A stretch of 64,000 nucleotides of DNA, taken from contig CAVUZH010000003.1 in assembly GCA_963745835.1 (NCBI GenBank), forward strand, positions 1,184,001-1,248,000. The letters are read 5' to 3'. Positions within the stretch are counted from its first letter, which is position 1. Every line of letters begins with the position of its first letter. Shown piece after piece: positions 37,195 through 48,059 of the stretch. The translations under genes and the position numbers were made by a program. This DNA is from an uncultured delta proteobacterium (GTDB taxonomy: Bacteria > Desulfobacterota > Binatia > UBA9968). The notes under the pieces were generated by a model. The model was not told where the DNA came from and made no database searches. It saw only the letters and a list, made by a program, of their open reading frames with translations.

Positions 37195-38298
37195 TTGACG
37201 CTTGACGAAGTCAAACTGATCACCGAACTCTTACCGGACGCTTTCATTTTGCTCTCCGAGTCGGGGTCGATTCTAACCGCCAACCCGGCAGCCCATGAGT
37301 TGTTTCGTACGGATCATCTTGTCGGTCTGGCGTTGGCTGATCTAATAACCGATCCGCCGTCAAAGGTTAGCGATTGCTTAGACCATTGGAGCTCCAGCCG
37401 GAGAATGATCGCCAATTCATTCAACTTGCAGTCAGACGGCACAGGTGTTCCAGTTCGCTGTGAGGGCGGCCTTCTTCAAGCTGGAAACACAAACAACTCT
37501 GCTCTGATTCTGGCTCGCTGCAGCCGTGAGAACGACGCCCCGGCCGCCGAGATAGTCGATCAGTTAAAAACAGAGATAGAGTTGTTGCAAAGGCAGCTGG
37601 TCCAACAAAAGGCTCAAGATAGCCAACAGATAGCTGTTCTGCGCACTGCCGCCGCTGTTTTTGCGCACGAGATCGCCAATCCTTTAAATGCGGTGTCCAC
37701 CTGTATGCAAATTCTCCAAACGGAGAGTGAGCGCCACGATGATCGGAATTCAGTTGTTCAGGAGATGATCGAAAGCGCAGCTATCGAGATCGAAAGGCTG
37801 ACGAGACTGCTAAACGACTTCCGCTCCTTCGCCCGGCCTCAAACCATCGATTTCAGACCGACCCAGATAAAGAAAGTTATCGAAGAAGCCCTCGCCTTGT
37901 ATACAGCCGCCCTGAGCGCCAGGGGCATTGCTGTTGATCTTTATCTACAAACGTTGCCGCCACTGATGCTTGATAGCGACAAAATGAGAGAAGCTATCTT
38001 AAACGTATTGAAGAATGCTGAAGAAGCGATGCCCGGCGGCGGGCGCCTGACGATAACGGGCCATGTGCGGGAGGAGGAAAACGTCGCGGCTGTGGAAGTC
38101 AGTGACACCGGGATTGGCGTGCCCGCGGGAGTTGACGTTTTTCAACTGTTTATGACGACCAAGCCCGGCGCATCCGGCTTAGGTTTACCGATCGCAGCTC
38201 AGATCATTGCGGCACATGGCGGGCGTATACAACGAATCGCAGAACGGGCGCCGGGAACAACCTTCGAGATCTTGCTACCGCTTTCACGAGCTTCATAA
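37195..38298 (+). CDS. PAS-domain sensor histidine kinase
   Basis: AHEIANPL H-box, NVLKNA, DTGIG and GLGL boxes. Confidence 0.92.
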   Translation: MTLDEVKLITELLPDAFILLSESGSILTANPAAHELFRTDHLVGLALADLITDPPSKVSDCLDHWSSSRRMIANSFNLQSDGTGVPVRCEGGLLQAGNTNNSALILARCSRENDAPAAEIVDQLKTEIELLQRQLVQQKAQDSQQIAVLRTAAAVFAHEIANPLNAVSTCMQILQTESERHDDRNSVVQEMIESAAIEIERLTRLLNDFRSFARPQTIDFRPTQIKKVIEEALALYTAALSARGIAVDLYLQTLPPLMLDSDKMREAILNVLKNAEEAMPGGGRLTITGHVREEENVAAVEVSDTGIGVPAGVDVFQLFMTTKPGASGLGLPIAAQIIAAHGGRIQRIAERAPGTTFEILLPLSRAS

Positions 38299-38463
38299 AC
38301 CTTCTTCATTCCATGTGTCGATAGAATCCGAATAGTCTAGCATATTAACGCTACTCTAACCTGACTACTTATTTTAGAACTAAGTCTTAGGCTTGCGACA
38401 GCTGCTTCGAGCCATCTGTCTAGACTTTGGAACGAAGGCGGGCGTCGAACCGCATTCAGTGCG

Positions 38464-38479
38464 TGGCACCGGCATTGCT
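38464..38479 (+). promoter_or_regulatory. Sigma54 -24/-12 promoter
   Basis: TGGCAC-N5-TTGCT just upstream of the SRPBCC gene. Confidence 0.75.
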
Positions 38480-38496
38480 CTTTGTCGCTCGTGGCA

Positions 38497-38940
38497 ATGA
38501 AGATCATACTTAAAGCCATCGAAGTGGATTCTCCGGTCCATCAGGTCTACAGCCAGTGGACCCGATTTGAAGATTTCCCGCACTTCATGCAGGGCGTCAA
38601 GAAGGTGATCCTGCTCGATGATCAGAGGCTTCACTGGGAGACAGAGTTCACTGGCACTACAAAGGAATGGTTCGCAACCATCACAGATCTAACCCCGGAT
38701 CAGCGAATCGCGTGGGAAAGCGAGGATGGCGAATACGTTGCAGGGATCGTCACCTTCGAGCCTATTGGAACAAGCCGCACCAGACTGAATCTCAAACTGT
38801 TCTACGATAGCAAAGGTTCCCGGCGAGCGGAGGAAAGGTTTCTTTCGTCTGCCGGCGATCGCATCGAGAAGGACCTGGAGAGGTTTAGAAAATTTATTGA
38901 GAAGCAGGATACTGTGAACAATGCCGCAGGGGGTCAGTAA
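38497..38940 (+). CDS. SRPBCC/polyketide cyclase-like family protein
   Basis: VYSQWTRFEDFPHFM, PDQRIAWES and DLERFRKFIE motifs. Confidence 0.88.
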   Translation: MKIILKAIEVDSPVHQVYSQWTRFEDFPHFMQGVKKVILLDDQRLHWETEFTGTTKEWFATITDLTPDQRIAWESEDGEYVAGIVTFEPIGTSRTRLNLKLFYDSKGSRRAEERFLSSAGDRIEKDLERFRKFIEKQDTVNNAAGGQ

Positions 38941-39137
38941 TGAAGTTCAAAGGCGGCATCTCTAAACCAGCAGGCCGTAAGCTTCTCCACCGACCGGACC
39001 CTGGACCCGGTCCAATTCCCGATCCCGATTCACCACAGCCACCACCCCACCCGTTCCCTACTCCACCGATCCCTCCTGAGCCGCCAGTTTCAAGCTTAGT
39101 TCGCTCAACCTCCCGCGGAGAGTTCTATATCACTCGC

Positions 39138-39153
39138 TGGCATATGCGTTGCT
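39138..39153 (+). promoter_or_regulatory. Sigma54 -24/-12 promoter
   Basis: TGGCAT-N5-TTGCT, 48 nt before the lipoprotein ATG. Confidence 0.75.
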
Positions 39154-39201
39154 TTTAGTAGAGCAAGCGTAACGGTGAGACCCGAGGGAGAGGAGGAAAT
39201 C

Positions 39202-39471
39202 ATGAGAAAAGGGATTTCATTGGGCACAGCGATCATTCTGGCGGGATTTCTTGGGATTACATTGCCGGGTTGCTCGGATGATAAAAATACATCAGGAACC
39301 GGAGGAGACGCGGCAAAGAGCAGCGGCGGCGCTACAGGTTCCAAATCGAGTCCAGGGGGTGGTTCCAGCGCGAGTGGAACAGGGTCAGGAACTACCGGAC
39401 CCGGAAGCAGTGGATCAGCGGGAAGCAGCTCTGGAGGTAGCGGAACAGGCTCTGGGGGAAGTGGATCATAG
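39202..39471 (+). CDS. Small Gly/Ser-rich lipoprotein
   Basis: GAGGAGG RBS, signal peptide ending in lipobox LPGC, low-complexity G/S/T tail. Confidence 0.75.
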   Translation: MRKGISLGTAIILAGFLGITLPGCSDDKNTSGTGGDAAKSSGGATGSKSSPGGGSSASGTGSGTTGPGSSGSAGSSSGGSGTGSGGSGS

Positions 39472-40121
39472 ACTAGCTCTGCAAGATAGCAGGTCGAGCC
39501 GTTGCGCTATTATCCATAAATTTTTGAGCCGCGCATTTCATATATGGGACTACAGGAGTTAGCGCGGCTTGGCGAAGTGTCGCACATTCAACACGGTGCG
39601 CTCTAACGCAGACCGAAGCCGATCAGATTTTCAAGTCGAGCTTGGGAACTATCAACAACCACTCGACCAGGCGATCTCCGCCGAAAATGCTTGCGTAGGC
39701 TCCGGTAACTCCCAACGGGAAGAACAGCCATGTAAGAAGCCAGGCCTGCCAAGTGGCTTCATAGCCGATCCAACCAAGCAGATAAGGAACCGCGGCGACC
39801 TCCAGGCAGATGCCGCTGCTAAAAGTTAAAAGATCTCTTTTCCACTTACTGGACTGGAGACGTATTGCTTCTGAGTCGCGAAGGCACAGAAAAAAACCCT
39901 GTAGCAAACCTGGTTCGGAACGCTTCATCTTTGTGGAACCTTTCAACGATATTTGCGATTGGACGCCGTTGTCCGGCCGGTGGATCGCACGAGGCACAAT
40001 GTTAAGGCGCTATCGACGATAATGCAAATTCCTCGGCTAAAATCGCCGGGATTTCTTCTCTCCAGGACTTCGAAAAAAGCGTTTTGTGGCTGGATTAACC
40101 GGCGGCCGGTCCCCTAGTAGG

Positions 40122-40511
40122 TTAAGCTAGCTTCGCGCCGTGCTCAAGAAGGAGCTGTCGTAAAGCGGAGCGATGACAGCGCGCCTCGTCTTGACAGTAG
40201 CCAGCCTAACGAGAAATTCGTCTGTGATGAGAGTCCGGCCAGCAATGTGATAATGCGGCGCCGGACCGGCTGGCGCATCTCTTGCCGGTAGCGGCGCTCG
40301 AATAGAGACCAGCGCTTCGGGATGAACGGCTCGGAAAGAACCCAGGAAACAAGCTTGGCGCTGGGCGCCAGCTCCGCATCCAAACATCGTAATAGTCGAG
40401 CTTGGAATAATCTTCCTTGCGCACGCCTCGCGGCGGGCGCCTGACGGTGCCAATGCGTAAGCCCTCGTCTGGATTCCGGGCCGTCCCCAGCTGGACTATG
40501 CAAATTGCCAT
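40122..40511 (-). pseudogene. DUF488-family gene with two frameshifts
   Basis: GLRIGTVRRPPRGV...YYDVW, ELAPS...RYRQEM...NFSLG and RCHRSALRQLL lie in three frames. Confidence 0.75.
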
Positions 40512-40594
40512 CGAGGAGTATTCTTGCTGGACTCCGGGGCTATTGATGCAACAAAGTCACAGGAGTTCATTTATGATGTTATCGGCACAACGGC

Positions 40595-41128
40595 TCAGCT
40601 CACGTCACGCAACCGTTTGAACAGATGCCCCAGTCCAAAAAAAATTGCCGACGGCAGCCAAACCCATTTCAATTCGCTCAGGATCACTGTGACTCCTCTG
40701 GGCGAAAAGAAAGCGCCGACTCCAATCGGTGAAACCTCTATGGGCTGGTAACGAAAAAAGTATCGTTGGTTGCTGAATGGGGCGAATAACCCGACTCCCA
40801 GGCCGCCATTTGTAAGCGCATCCAGCACCGGGTGCGATAATGTTGATAAAAAGAGAAACAGAAAAATAGTCAACGGACTGCCATGGTTCTGGAAAAATAC
40901 GAAGGCGACCAACCCCGCAAGTAGCACAGCAAAGAATATCGAATGTGTAAAGCCGCGATGCCCGAGCATATCGCCGTACTTGATCCCGAACTCAAATCCG
41001 ATAACGTCCAGATCCGGAATCACGGAGCAAAGGGCGGCAGCGATCAACAATGACGACGAAGCTGTGTCCTGTGGAAGCAGCACGGATAAGGCGATGGGTA
41101 CAGCAGGATGAGTTATGACTGTACACAT
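40595..41128 (-). CDS. YdjM-like membrane metal-dependent hydrolase
   Basis: IPDLD, GHRGFTHS and SHPVLDALTNGG motifs; start set at MCTVITH. Confidence 0.88.
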   Translation of the reverse strand: MCTVITHPAVPIALSVLLPQDTASSSLLIAAALCSVIPDLDVIGFEFGIKYGDMLGHRGFTHSIFFAVLLAGLVAFVFFQNHGSPLTIFLFLFLSTLSHPVLDALTNGGLGVGLFAPFSNQRYFFRYQPIEVSPIGVGAFFSPRGVTVILSELKWVWLPSAIFFGLGHLFKRLRDVS

Positions 41129-41177
41129 GAGCTGATATTTGCACCAAGGCCGGGCAAAGCTCAACCCTTCATCTATG

Positions 41178-41891
41178 CTAGCTGATAACCTCGGCACTCC
41201 TGATTTGACGAAAGTCATTGGCGAACTTGGGTCCGGTGGCTTCGTCTTCGTGTTTGAAGAAAACATAGGCATGATCCCAAGCTTGCGAGCAAATCCTCTG
41301 TTTCCAGTGCAGCAGGTCGGCGCGACTATATTCTCGACGCCGCAGTCGCAAATAACCCCAAGTCGCAGTGCCGATCAAATCACAAACTTCGCCCTCATCA
41401 GTGTCGGTCACACAGAACGCGCAGTTGCGCATTCGCAGCGAGGCAAAGACCTCCTCGTCCACCCAGGATGAATCCCGGAACTCAAACGCTACATGCCGAT
41501 CAGCGGGCAGAAGTGATAGGAATGATCGCAGTCGCTCGAGGTCCTTTTTGAAATTGGGCGGAAGTTGGAAAAGAATGGCGCCCTGGCTTGATCCCAGCGC
41601 CGTTGCTACGCTAAACAGATCGTCGACTTCCACCGCGGCATCTTTAAGCCTCCGCGTATGGGTGATTCTTCGCGGTGCCTTAAGCACAAACCGGAACTCG
41701 GGCGGCACCTGCTCTGCCCACGACCGAAGAACAGTTTGCGTGGGGAGCCGGTAAAAACTATTGTTGATCTCGACAGCCGCGAACCGCGAGGCATAAAAGC
41801 GCAGCATCTCCTTGGCAGGGAAGCGCTCCGGATAAAACTTGCCACGCCATTCTTTGTAGCCGAAGCCGCTGGTGCCGACCCAGAGCCTCAC
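41178..41891 (-). CDS. DUF72 domain protein
   Basis: VGTSGF, VEINNSFY, LFQLPP and EFR motifs. Confidence 0.92.
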   Translation of the reverse strand: MRLWVGTSGFGYKEWRGKFYPERFPAKEMLRFYASRFAAVEINNSFYRLPTQTVLRSWAEQVPPEFRFVLKAPRRITHTRRLKDAAVEVDDLFSVATALGSSQGAILFQLPPNFKKDLERLRSFLSLLPADRHVAFEFRDSSWVDEEVFASLRMRNCAFCVTDTDEGEVCDLIGTATWGYLRLRRREYSRADLLHWKQRICSQAWDHAYVFFKHEDEATGPKFANDFRQIRSAEVIS

Positions 41892-42145
41892 GTGTATTCG
41901 AGCTTTCTACGATAGACGTTCAATGCGGCGAGATCGCGCATAGAGTTATTGTTATCATAGATTGGCCGCGGAGCCAGGACGGTTATTTGTTATGTGGTAG
42001 TGGCGGCAGTGAGTCGGCTAAACGAGCGTTTTAGGGGAGCGCCGAGAACTCGCCAAAGACTTTAACAGAAAAATATTTACGGAATTGCTCAACGCCTTTC
42101 GGCATCTCATTGACCTGTTTTTTTACTAATGAGAAATAGGGTAAA

Positions 42146-43157
42146 GAAGTGATTCGTTCCAAGAAGGCAAGGAACGACATGGAAGAGAAGCAGGAGGTGA
42201 GGACGGTGCGGCGGATGTTTAACCCGGAGCAAAAGTTCGACGGCCGAGGAACGGGATCTGATTGACGAGGTCCAAGCGAAACACCCGCAGTACCGCCATC
42301 GGCGTATCCAGAGGATGTTACAGCAAAAGGGATCTATCTTTCGGCCTCGGCGATCTATGGTCATCTAAAAGAGCTGGGCAGATCAAGCCCAATGAGCGGC
42401 GGGTGGCGCCGTGGAAGAGCTCTCGGTATGAGGTATGGCAGAGAAACCTGACGTGGGGCAGCGACTGGAGCAAGCTCTCGGCGGGCGGAGTGCGGTGGTA
42501 TTTGCTGACGGTGATCGATCTCTTTTCCCGATGGATCGTTGCCTATGATGTGGTGCCGAGGGGCGCATGCGGGATCGGTCAAAGCGATTTATCAGGCGGG
42601 ACTCAACAATCACGGGATTTCCTTTCACAGTTAGAGCAAGCCCGAGCTCAGAGTGGATCGGGGCTCGCCCAATACATCGGGGGTGACCCAAGAGTTTTTC
42701 AAGCCTTAGGGGGCCGAATTATCCTTTGCCTGGATAAGCAGCCCACCGACAATGCGCTGACCGAGCGGATCTATGGGAGGGTGAAACAGGAAGAGATCTA
42801 TCTGTTAGGGAACTATCCCGATGAACAATGGCACGCGACGAACTTGGCCGTTACATCGAGTCCTACAATCAGTGTCGGCCCACCAGGCGTTGTTTAATTT
42901 CACTCCGGCCCATGTGCACCAGCTCAATAACAAAAGCGTGCTGATGCGAGAACTCGACGAGATGAAAAGACAAACCCGAGAGAAGCGAAAAGCGTACTGG
43001 GCTGAGCAGCAAAAAATCAGTCAACCGTCTACCGAGGGCGGATACCGAGGTAAGGGTCGAACCGAGATCGTTGATCCTGGGGCAAATACGGAAGCCGTTT
43101 CAACACCGACAACCGGATTCTTACAGTGAGAGTCCCACAACCAAAAACGACTCACTT
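42146..43157 (+). mobile_element. Decayed IS3-like element (DDE integrase core, frameshifted and internally deleted)
   Basis: RRMFNPEQKF OrfA-like start, WGSDW...YLLTVIDLFSR and PTDNALTER...KQE. Short inverted match AAGTGATTCGTT/AACGACTCACTT near the ends; boundaries approximate. Confidence 0.7.
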
Positions 43158-43228
43158 GATTCCTCAATTTTGTGCCGGATTGTCTTTTTAGATGCGCAGG
43201 ATTATCTCTTTAATGACCAGGAGGAGCT

Positions 43229-43864
43229 ATGAAAAACAATATTTCAGTTGGGTTGTTCTCCTTGATTCTGCTCTTTTCGGGTTGCGCCGGTTTCCAAGCC
43301 GCTCGAGAAGTCAACTCAGGAAGACAGGCTTACCTTATCGGCAACAACGAAGCCGCCTATGCACACTTCCAAAAGGCTGCGCAGACGGATCCGCAATACG
43401 TCTATGGTACCGCGTTGCGCCAGGGAATCTGGAGTTACGTGGGTCGGGTCGATTATGACATGGGACGGCTCCCGCAGGCGCGCCAGGCACTTGAACGAGC
43501 CCTTGCCGCTAATCGTCAAGAAGATCTTACCAGACTTTATTTCGGCCTTGCATTAGCTCGAGAGGGCGACCGCCAGCAAGGTCTCAAGGAAATAGAAGGT
43601 GGCCTGCGGGGAATGCATGAATGGTTGGAGTATGTGGATCAGAACCACGGCTCGTCCTTTGGAAGATTCTGGGATCCGGCGCGCGAGATACGTTCGGCGA
43701 TTCAGACGGACCTAGCTTTAATCTCCGGTAGAGACATCGATTGGCAAAAGCTCATCGCCTCCAGTGAATGGGTTGGCAAACGACTGGAACTTGAAAGCGA
43801 TCTTGCGAGACGCGACGAAACGATCGAGCGAAACAGAGAGAGCGACAGCCGGGGTACTCGCTAA
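43229..43864 (+). CDS. TPR-containing lipoprotein
   Basis: AGGAG RBS, lipobox FSGC and TPR-like helices. Confidence 0.8.
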   Translation: MKNNISVGLFSLILLFSGCAGFQAAREVNSGRQAYLIGNNEAAYAHFQKAAQTDPQYVYGTALRQGIWSYVGRVDYDMGRLPQARQALERALAANRQEDLTRLYFGLALAREGDRQQGLKEIEGGLRGMHEWLEYVDQNHGSSFGRFWDPAREIRSAIQTDLALISGRDIDWQKLIASSEWVGKRLELESDLARRDETIERNRESDSRGTR

Positions 43865-43940
43865 CAGAATGCTAGTTGTAAATCTGCCGATTGTTTTGCA
43901 GCAGCGCGTTCTTGTGAAATTCGACAAGCGCTAAGACACA

Positions 43941-44384
43941 TTATTGACCTGGACCGTATTCTCCTTCTCCTCCGGGCCTTCGGCCAGGAGAAGTGCAGCG
44001 TTGATGAATGTCCCCGACGAGGTGTGCGACGAACCGCAGAGCAATACGCTTCTCATGCGCGGGGCATCCGGTAAGCTGAGCACAGTCAAGGTACCACGGA
44101 ATAGCTTCAATGATGCAGTTACGCAGCTCGTAATCTCGCTGCTGATCGTATGTGTTCGCTTCCTTTGGGAAGTTGATAAAGTAGCACAGGTCCATTTCGG
44201 GAATCTGACGGCCAGCCTTGTCCGGCCATGTCGATGCGTCGGGTAACGTCGTACCTTGCGGGAGCCTCCTTTGATGCGTTCGCGTGCAGCGGTGGTGAGC
44301 TGAGGCTCGGCGATAGCCGCGATGATTTGTATAAATCAACGTCTGATCTGACGGTCATGGCAAAGGTTCTCGTTGTCAGCCATG
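43941..44384 (-). pseudogene. S1/P1 nuclease gene remnant
   Basis: ASTWPD and ALRFVAHLVGDIHQ motifs in a broken, truncated frame. Confidence 0.7.
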
Positions 44385-44397
44385 GTTGATTGTCCAC

Positions 44398-44598
44398 TCA
44401 CGCCGCGATCATTTTTTCTTTAGCCAACGCAACGCTGTCGACAAACGTCTGCATCGGAGTTTTCCCATAATACCGCCTGCCCTGATGGGGTCGTTCTTCA
44501 TTGTACCGCTTGAGCCATGCCTCCAGATCACTTTGGAGTTCTTCGAGTGTTTTGGAGATCTTCTGGCGAAACGCTACCCGGTAGAACTCATTGAGCAC
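44398..44598 (-). mobile_element. IS481-family transposase C-terminal remnant
   Basis: EFYRVAFR...LEELQSDLEAWLKRYNEERPHQGR...GKTPMQTF. Confidence 0.8.
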
Positions 44599-45372
44599 CG
44601 TAGTGTAAAGCGCTCACAAACCCCATGAGTCTGGGGACTCTTGGCCTTCGTCCGGGTTTGGTCGCCGATGTGGCTTATGATAGTTGGCAAGACAAGCTAT
44701 CGCACCCGCTGCCGAGGTATGGGATCTCCGAAGCTGAGTGGAACGCATAGATCCATGCGTCGTCCTGCTATCTACAGCGCGGATTACGAACGCAGACACG
44801 GAGCATACAATGGAAGCGGAAAGAGGCCCGCTTCAAAAGATCAGCCAGCCAAACTTGTATCGGGGATAAGAAAAGCGCACAAAGCACCAAAGCGCAACGA
44901 TCAAGATGTCTTTTCGATTTCGCTTCCAGAAATTGCGGAAGCCATACATGGTATCCAGCTCCTTCTGATCCACGCAACAGCCACGTTAGTGAGACAAAAG
45001 CGATCACCGCCGACGCTGCAATCGTCACTGCCACCCCAATGATTACGTCAAATAATACTACCGTCATGATGTTTTCTTACATGCCCCAGTGACCGTCCCC
45101 TGCCGCGCAGTTGCTAGGGTACGAGCTACGGTAATGACCGCGAAATAGAAACTCCAAGAGCTCTTCCTTGAATCTCGCTGACGCAGCGCCTTTGAATAGG
45201 TCCACCGAAGGAAGGCGGGTTGTCGCTGCGCAGCGAGGGCGCGCTTCATAGCACAATAGATACGGGTCGATCAAAGGCCGGTGAGTTCGCCACGATCAAG
45301 AGCCGAGATTATCCAGGACGTAGCTTTTTTCGCGCCACCAACTCGGCTGTCTGTGATATGATACGCGGCGCT

Positions 45373-45642
45373 ATGGCTGTCCTGCACATCACCTACAACC
45401 ACAATCCACAGACATCCAAAGCGTGCTATGATGGTTTCTATAAAGTGATAACAAGCTACCAATACCGAAGGTTGTCTCAATCGAATTGGACGATCAACAC
45501 AGAGGAGTCGCCGCAAGCGGTCTGGCAGAAACTCAAAGAATACATCGACCCGAGCGACTACTTTCTTCTGATGCCCCTTGATCCGACTTGGTTCTCTGCA
45601 AAGGACCGGAGGGTTCTTGGTTGGTTAGCGGCGGGGCCATAG
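45373..45642 (+). CDS. Small protein, possibly Cas2/VapD-like ferredoxin fold
   Basis: MAVLHITYN...Y..FYKVI...RLSQSNW...PQAVWQKLKEYIDPSDYFLL pattern, recalled from stand-alone Cas2-like proteins. Confidence 0.55.
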   Translation: MAVLHITYNHNPQTSKACYDGFYKVITSYQYRRLSQSNWTINTEESPQAVWQKLKEYIDPSDYFLLMPLDPTWFSAKDRRVLGWLAAGP

Positions 45643-45811
45643 GCGAGCGCCGAGCCGTCTGATCCAACACAACCTGAAAGATTGTCGGCCATACTTGTTG
45701 ATGGATCAATGGCCAATGCCGGTCGTTGCGAGAAGCCTGGCCGACCCGAGTCCATTTTTGAGATTGCGTGTAAGCGAACACTGTTTAGACCCAAGCGATT
45801 ATAAGTGACAA

Positions 45812-46486
45812 CTAATTGAGGCGGCTGCTGAAATACTCCCACACGCGGTTTGACACCTCTTCTCCGGAAACTTGCGGATAGATGGTTTCGAGCTCCTCGG
45901 CGGTGAAATAACGCGGTTTTCCGGCGGACATCGCTCGCAATTGGTAGTTGGCCGCTTCCTCCATCCACAAGGTCATGACACATACGCGCCGGACGTCCTT
46001 ATCGGCTACATTGACCCCGTGGCCGCGCAGTAACATGGCGCCGTGATCACCCAAGGTGCTCGCCACTGCATCGCCCAGCTCGCGGGTCCTGATCAGAGTA
46101 ATCCGATCGTACACCTGGACATCGTTTCGAAAAATCGCTCCCGAGGCATGCACAGGCCGAATCGTTTCACCCAGCGAGCTCAAAACCACGCAGCTCGGCG
46201 GATGGACATGGCAAATCGCCTGAACATCCGGTCTGGCTTTGTAAATCCGGGCGTGTATCCAAAATTCAGTGTTGGGACGGCCATCACCGGAGAGTTGATT
46301 TCCTTCAACATCGAGCTCGAGCAAATTGTCGGCGCGCACCAGAGCCGGGCTCATTCGTGGAGGAAAGATAAAAGTACCCGTCCCAGGAATACGCGCGCTC
46401 ACATGCCCGAACGCCGCGGCGATACCTTGTTGATGTAGTATGTGGCTGGCCTTGACCACGTCACTTTTGATCAGCTCAAGATCCAT
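45812..46486 (-). CDS. Class II aldolase/adducin family protein
   Basis: FGHVSAR, EFWIHARIYKARPDV, HVHP and LLRGHG motifs. Confidence 0.92.
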   Translation of the reverse strand: MDLELIKSDVVKASHILHQQGIAAAFGHVSARIPGTGTFIFPPRMSPALVRADNLLELDVEGNQLSGDGRPNTEFWIHARIYKARPDVQAICHVHPPSCVVLSSLGETIRPVHASGAIFRNDVQVYDRITLIRTRELGDAVASTLGDHGAMLLRGHGVNVADKDVRRVCVMTLWMEEAANYQLRAMSAGKPRYFTAEELETIYPQVSGEEVSNRVWEYFSSRLN

Positions 46487-46541
46487 CAGTTACCTTCCGA
46501 TGTTTGGATAAGGAACACTGGCGATGCGGTGATCGGTTTGA

Positions 46542-46835
46542 CTACCGCTTCATTTCATTTCCGATCAGCCGCAATACTTCATTGAACTGGCGCTGCATGG
46601 CGATCATCTGCTCGCGCATATTGAGAACCACTTCGGCGCCTTCGAAATTCACCCCCATCTCTTGAATGAGAAGGTTGGCAATACGAATGCGGTCAACCTG
46701 ATCGCGCGGATAAAGCTTGCGCCTTCGTTGCACCACCGGCCGAATCACGCTCTCTCGCTCGAGCTGTTGGATAAAATTCCTGTCAACCTTGCAAGTTTTG
46801 ATTACCTCTGTAATTTGAAAATATTTTCGTCCCAT
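46542..46835 (-). CDS. CbpM/HspR-like MerR-fold chaperone modulator
   Basis: RIRIANLLIQEMGVNFEGAEVVLNMR; lies directly downstream of dnaJ. Confidence 0.8.
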   Translation of the reverse strand: MGRKYFQITEVIKTCKVDRNFIQQLERESVIRPVVQRRRKLYPRDQVDRIRIANLLIQEMGVNFEGAEVVLNMREQMIAMQRQFNEVLRLIGNEMKR

Positions 46836-46847
46836 CGCTTGCTCTCG

Positions 46848-47973
46848 TTATAGTCGGACGTCTTTGCGCACGTCCTCGGCGTAGGCTCCATCGATTTTGT
46901 CGATCACGTCTGCAGAGATATTATTGTCGCCGGGCACGCGAATCATAAGCCGTAAGTACAGATCTCCAGCAGGGCTTTGCCCGTGAGCGGAAACGCCCTT
47001 GCCCCTGAGGCGTAGTCGTTGCCCGCTTTGCGCGCCCGGCAGGAATCTTAACTTTGAGCTTGCCCATCGCTGTCGGCACTTCCACCGTCGCTCCCCGAAG
47101 CGCTTCACCGATTGTGATCGGCAGGTCCATGGATAGATCCTTGCCCGACCGTGTGAGCAGCGGGTGAGGCCGGATTCGCGGTACGATATAGAGATCGCCT
47201 GGCGGCCCACCTCTCACTCCGGCCTCGCCCTTGCCGCGCAAGCGAATTCGCTTCGAAGGCTCGGCTCCCGGAGGGATATTGACCCGAATCGTATCGGGCC
47301 GCAGCACTCGGCCAGAGCCTCGGCACACCGCGCAAGGATCGCCCGGCAGTTTTCCGCTGCCCATGCAACGCGGACAGTTCTGGCGAAACTGGAGCGGACC
47401 CTGCGCCACCGATATACTGCCGCTGCCGCCGCACTCCGGGCACTGGGTGGGGGTGCTGCCCGGCTTAGTTCCGGAACCATTACAGGTATCGCAGGTGACC
47501 GGTCGCTGCAGAGTGATCGAGGTTTGAAAGCCGCGGACAGCGTCGAGGAAATCGATGTCCATAGATGACTCGATATCTTCGCCACGCATCGGCCCTTGCC
47601 GGGTTCTTCTACCGCGGCCTCCCATGCCTCCCAATCCGCCGAAGAGCTCGCTCAGATCGTCCATATTGAATTCGTAACCGCCACCTGCCCCAGCGGACTG
47701 TTGCTGCCATTGTTGATAGCTACGCGCCTTGTCAGCATCGAAACCGGCCGCCAATCCCGCCTCACCGAATTCATCGTACAGCTTGCGCTTCTTCTCATCG
47801 CCTAATACGTCGTAGGCGGTCGAAATTTCTTTGAATTTATTTTCGGCCTCTTTGTTGCCTGGGTTGATATCGGGATGGTATTTGCGGGCAAGCTTGCGAT
47901 AAGCTTTGCGGATATCATCATGAGAGGCGCCGCGTTCGACACCGAGAATTTGATAGTAGTTACTTTCAGCCAT
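46848..47973 (-). CDS. dnaJ: DnaJ-class chaperone with zinc finger; frameshift near 47040
   Basis: J domain with HPD and four CxxCxGxG repeats. The C-terminus [15 protein letters not shown]...GDLY continues in another frame. Confidence 0.85.
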
Positions 47974-48059
47974 TGTACATTAGAATATCTTTGGCGCAGC
48001 CGGTTGCAAGGGGATGTACCATCTTGGAGTCACCATAATGCTCAGACCTGTCGAATAAG

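Noticed and set aside
39623-39997. Small membrane-protein ORF (likewise 44768-45067 and 62836-63102)
   Set aside because: Hydrophobic stretches only, with no motif or clear start; not supportable from sequence alone.
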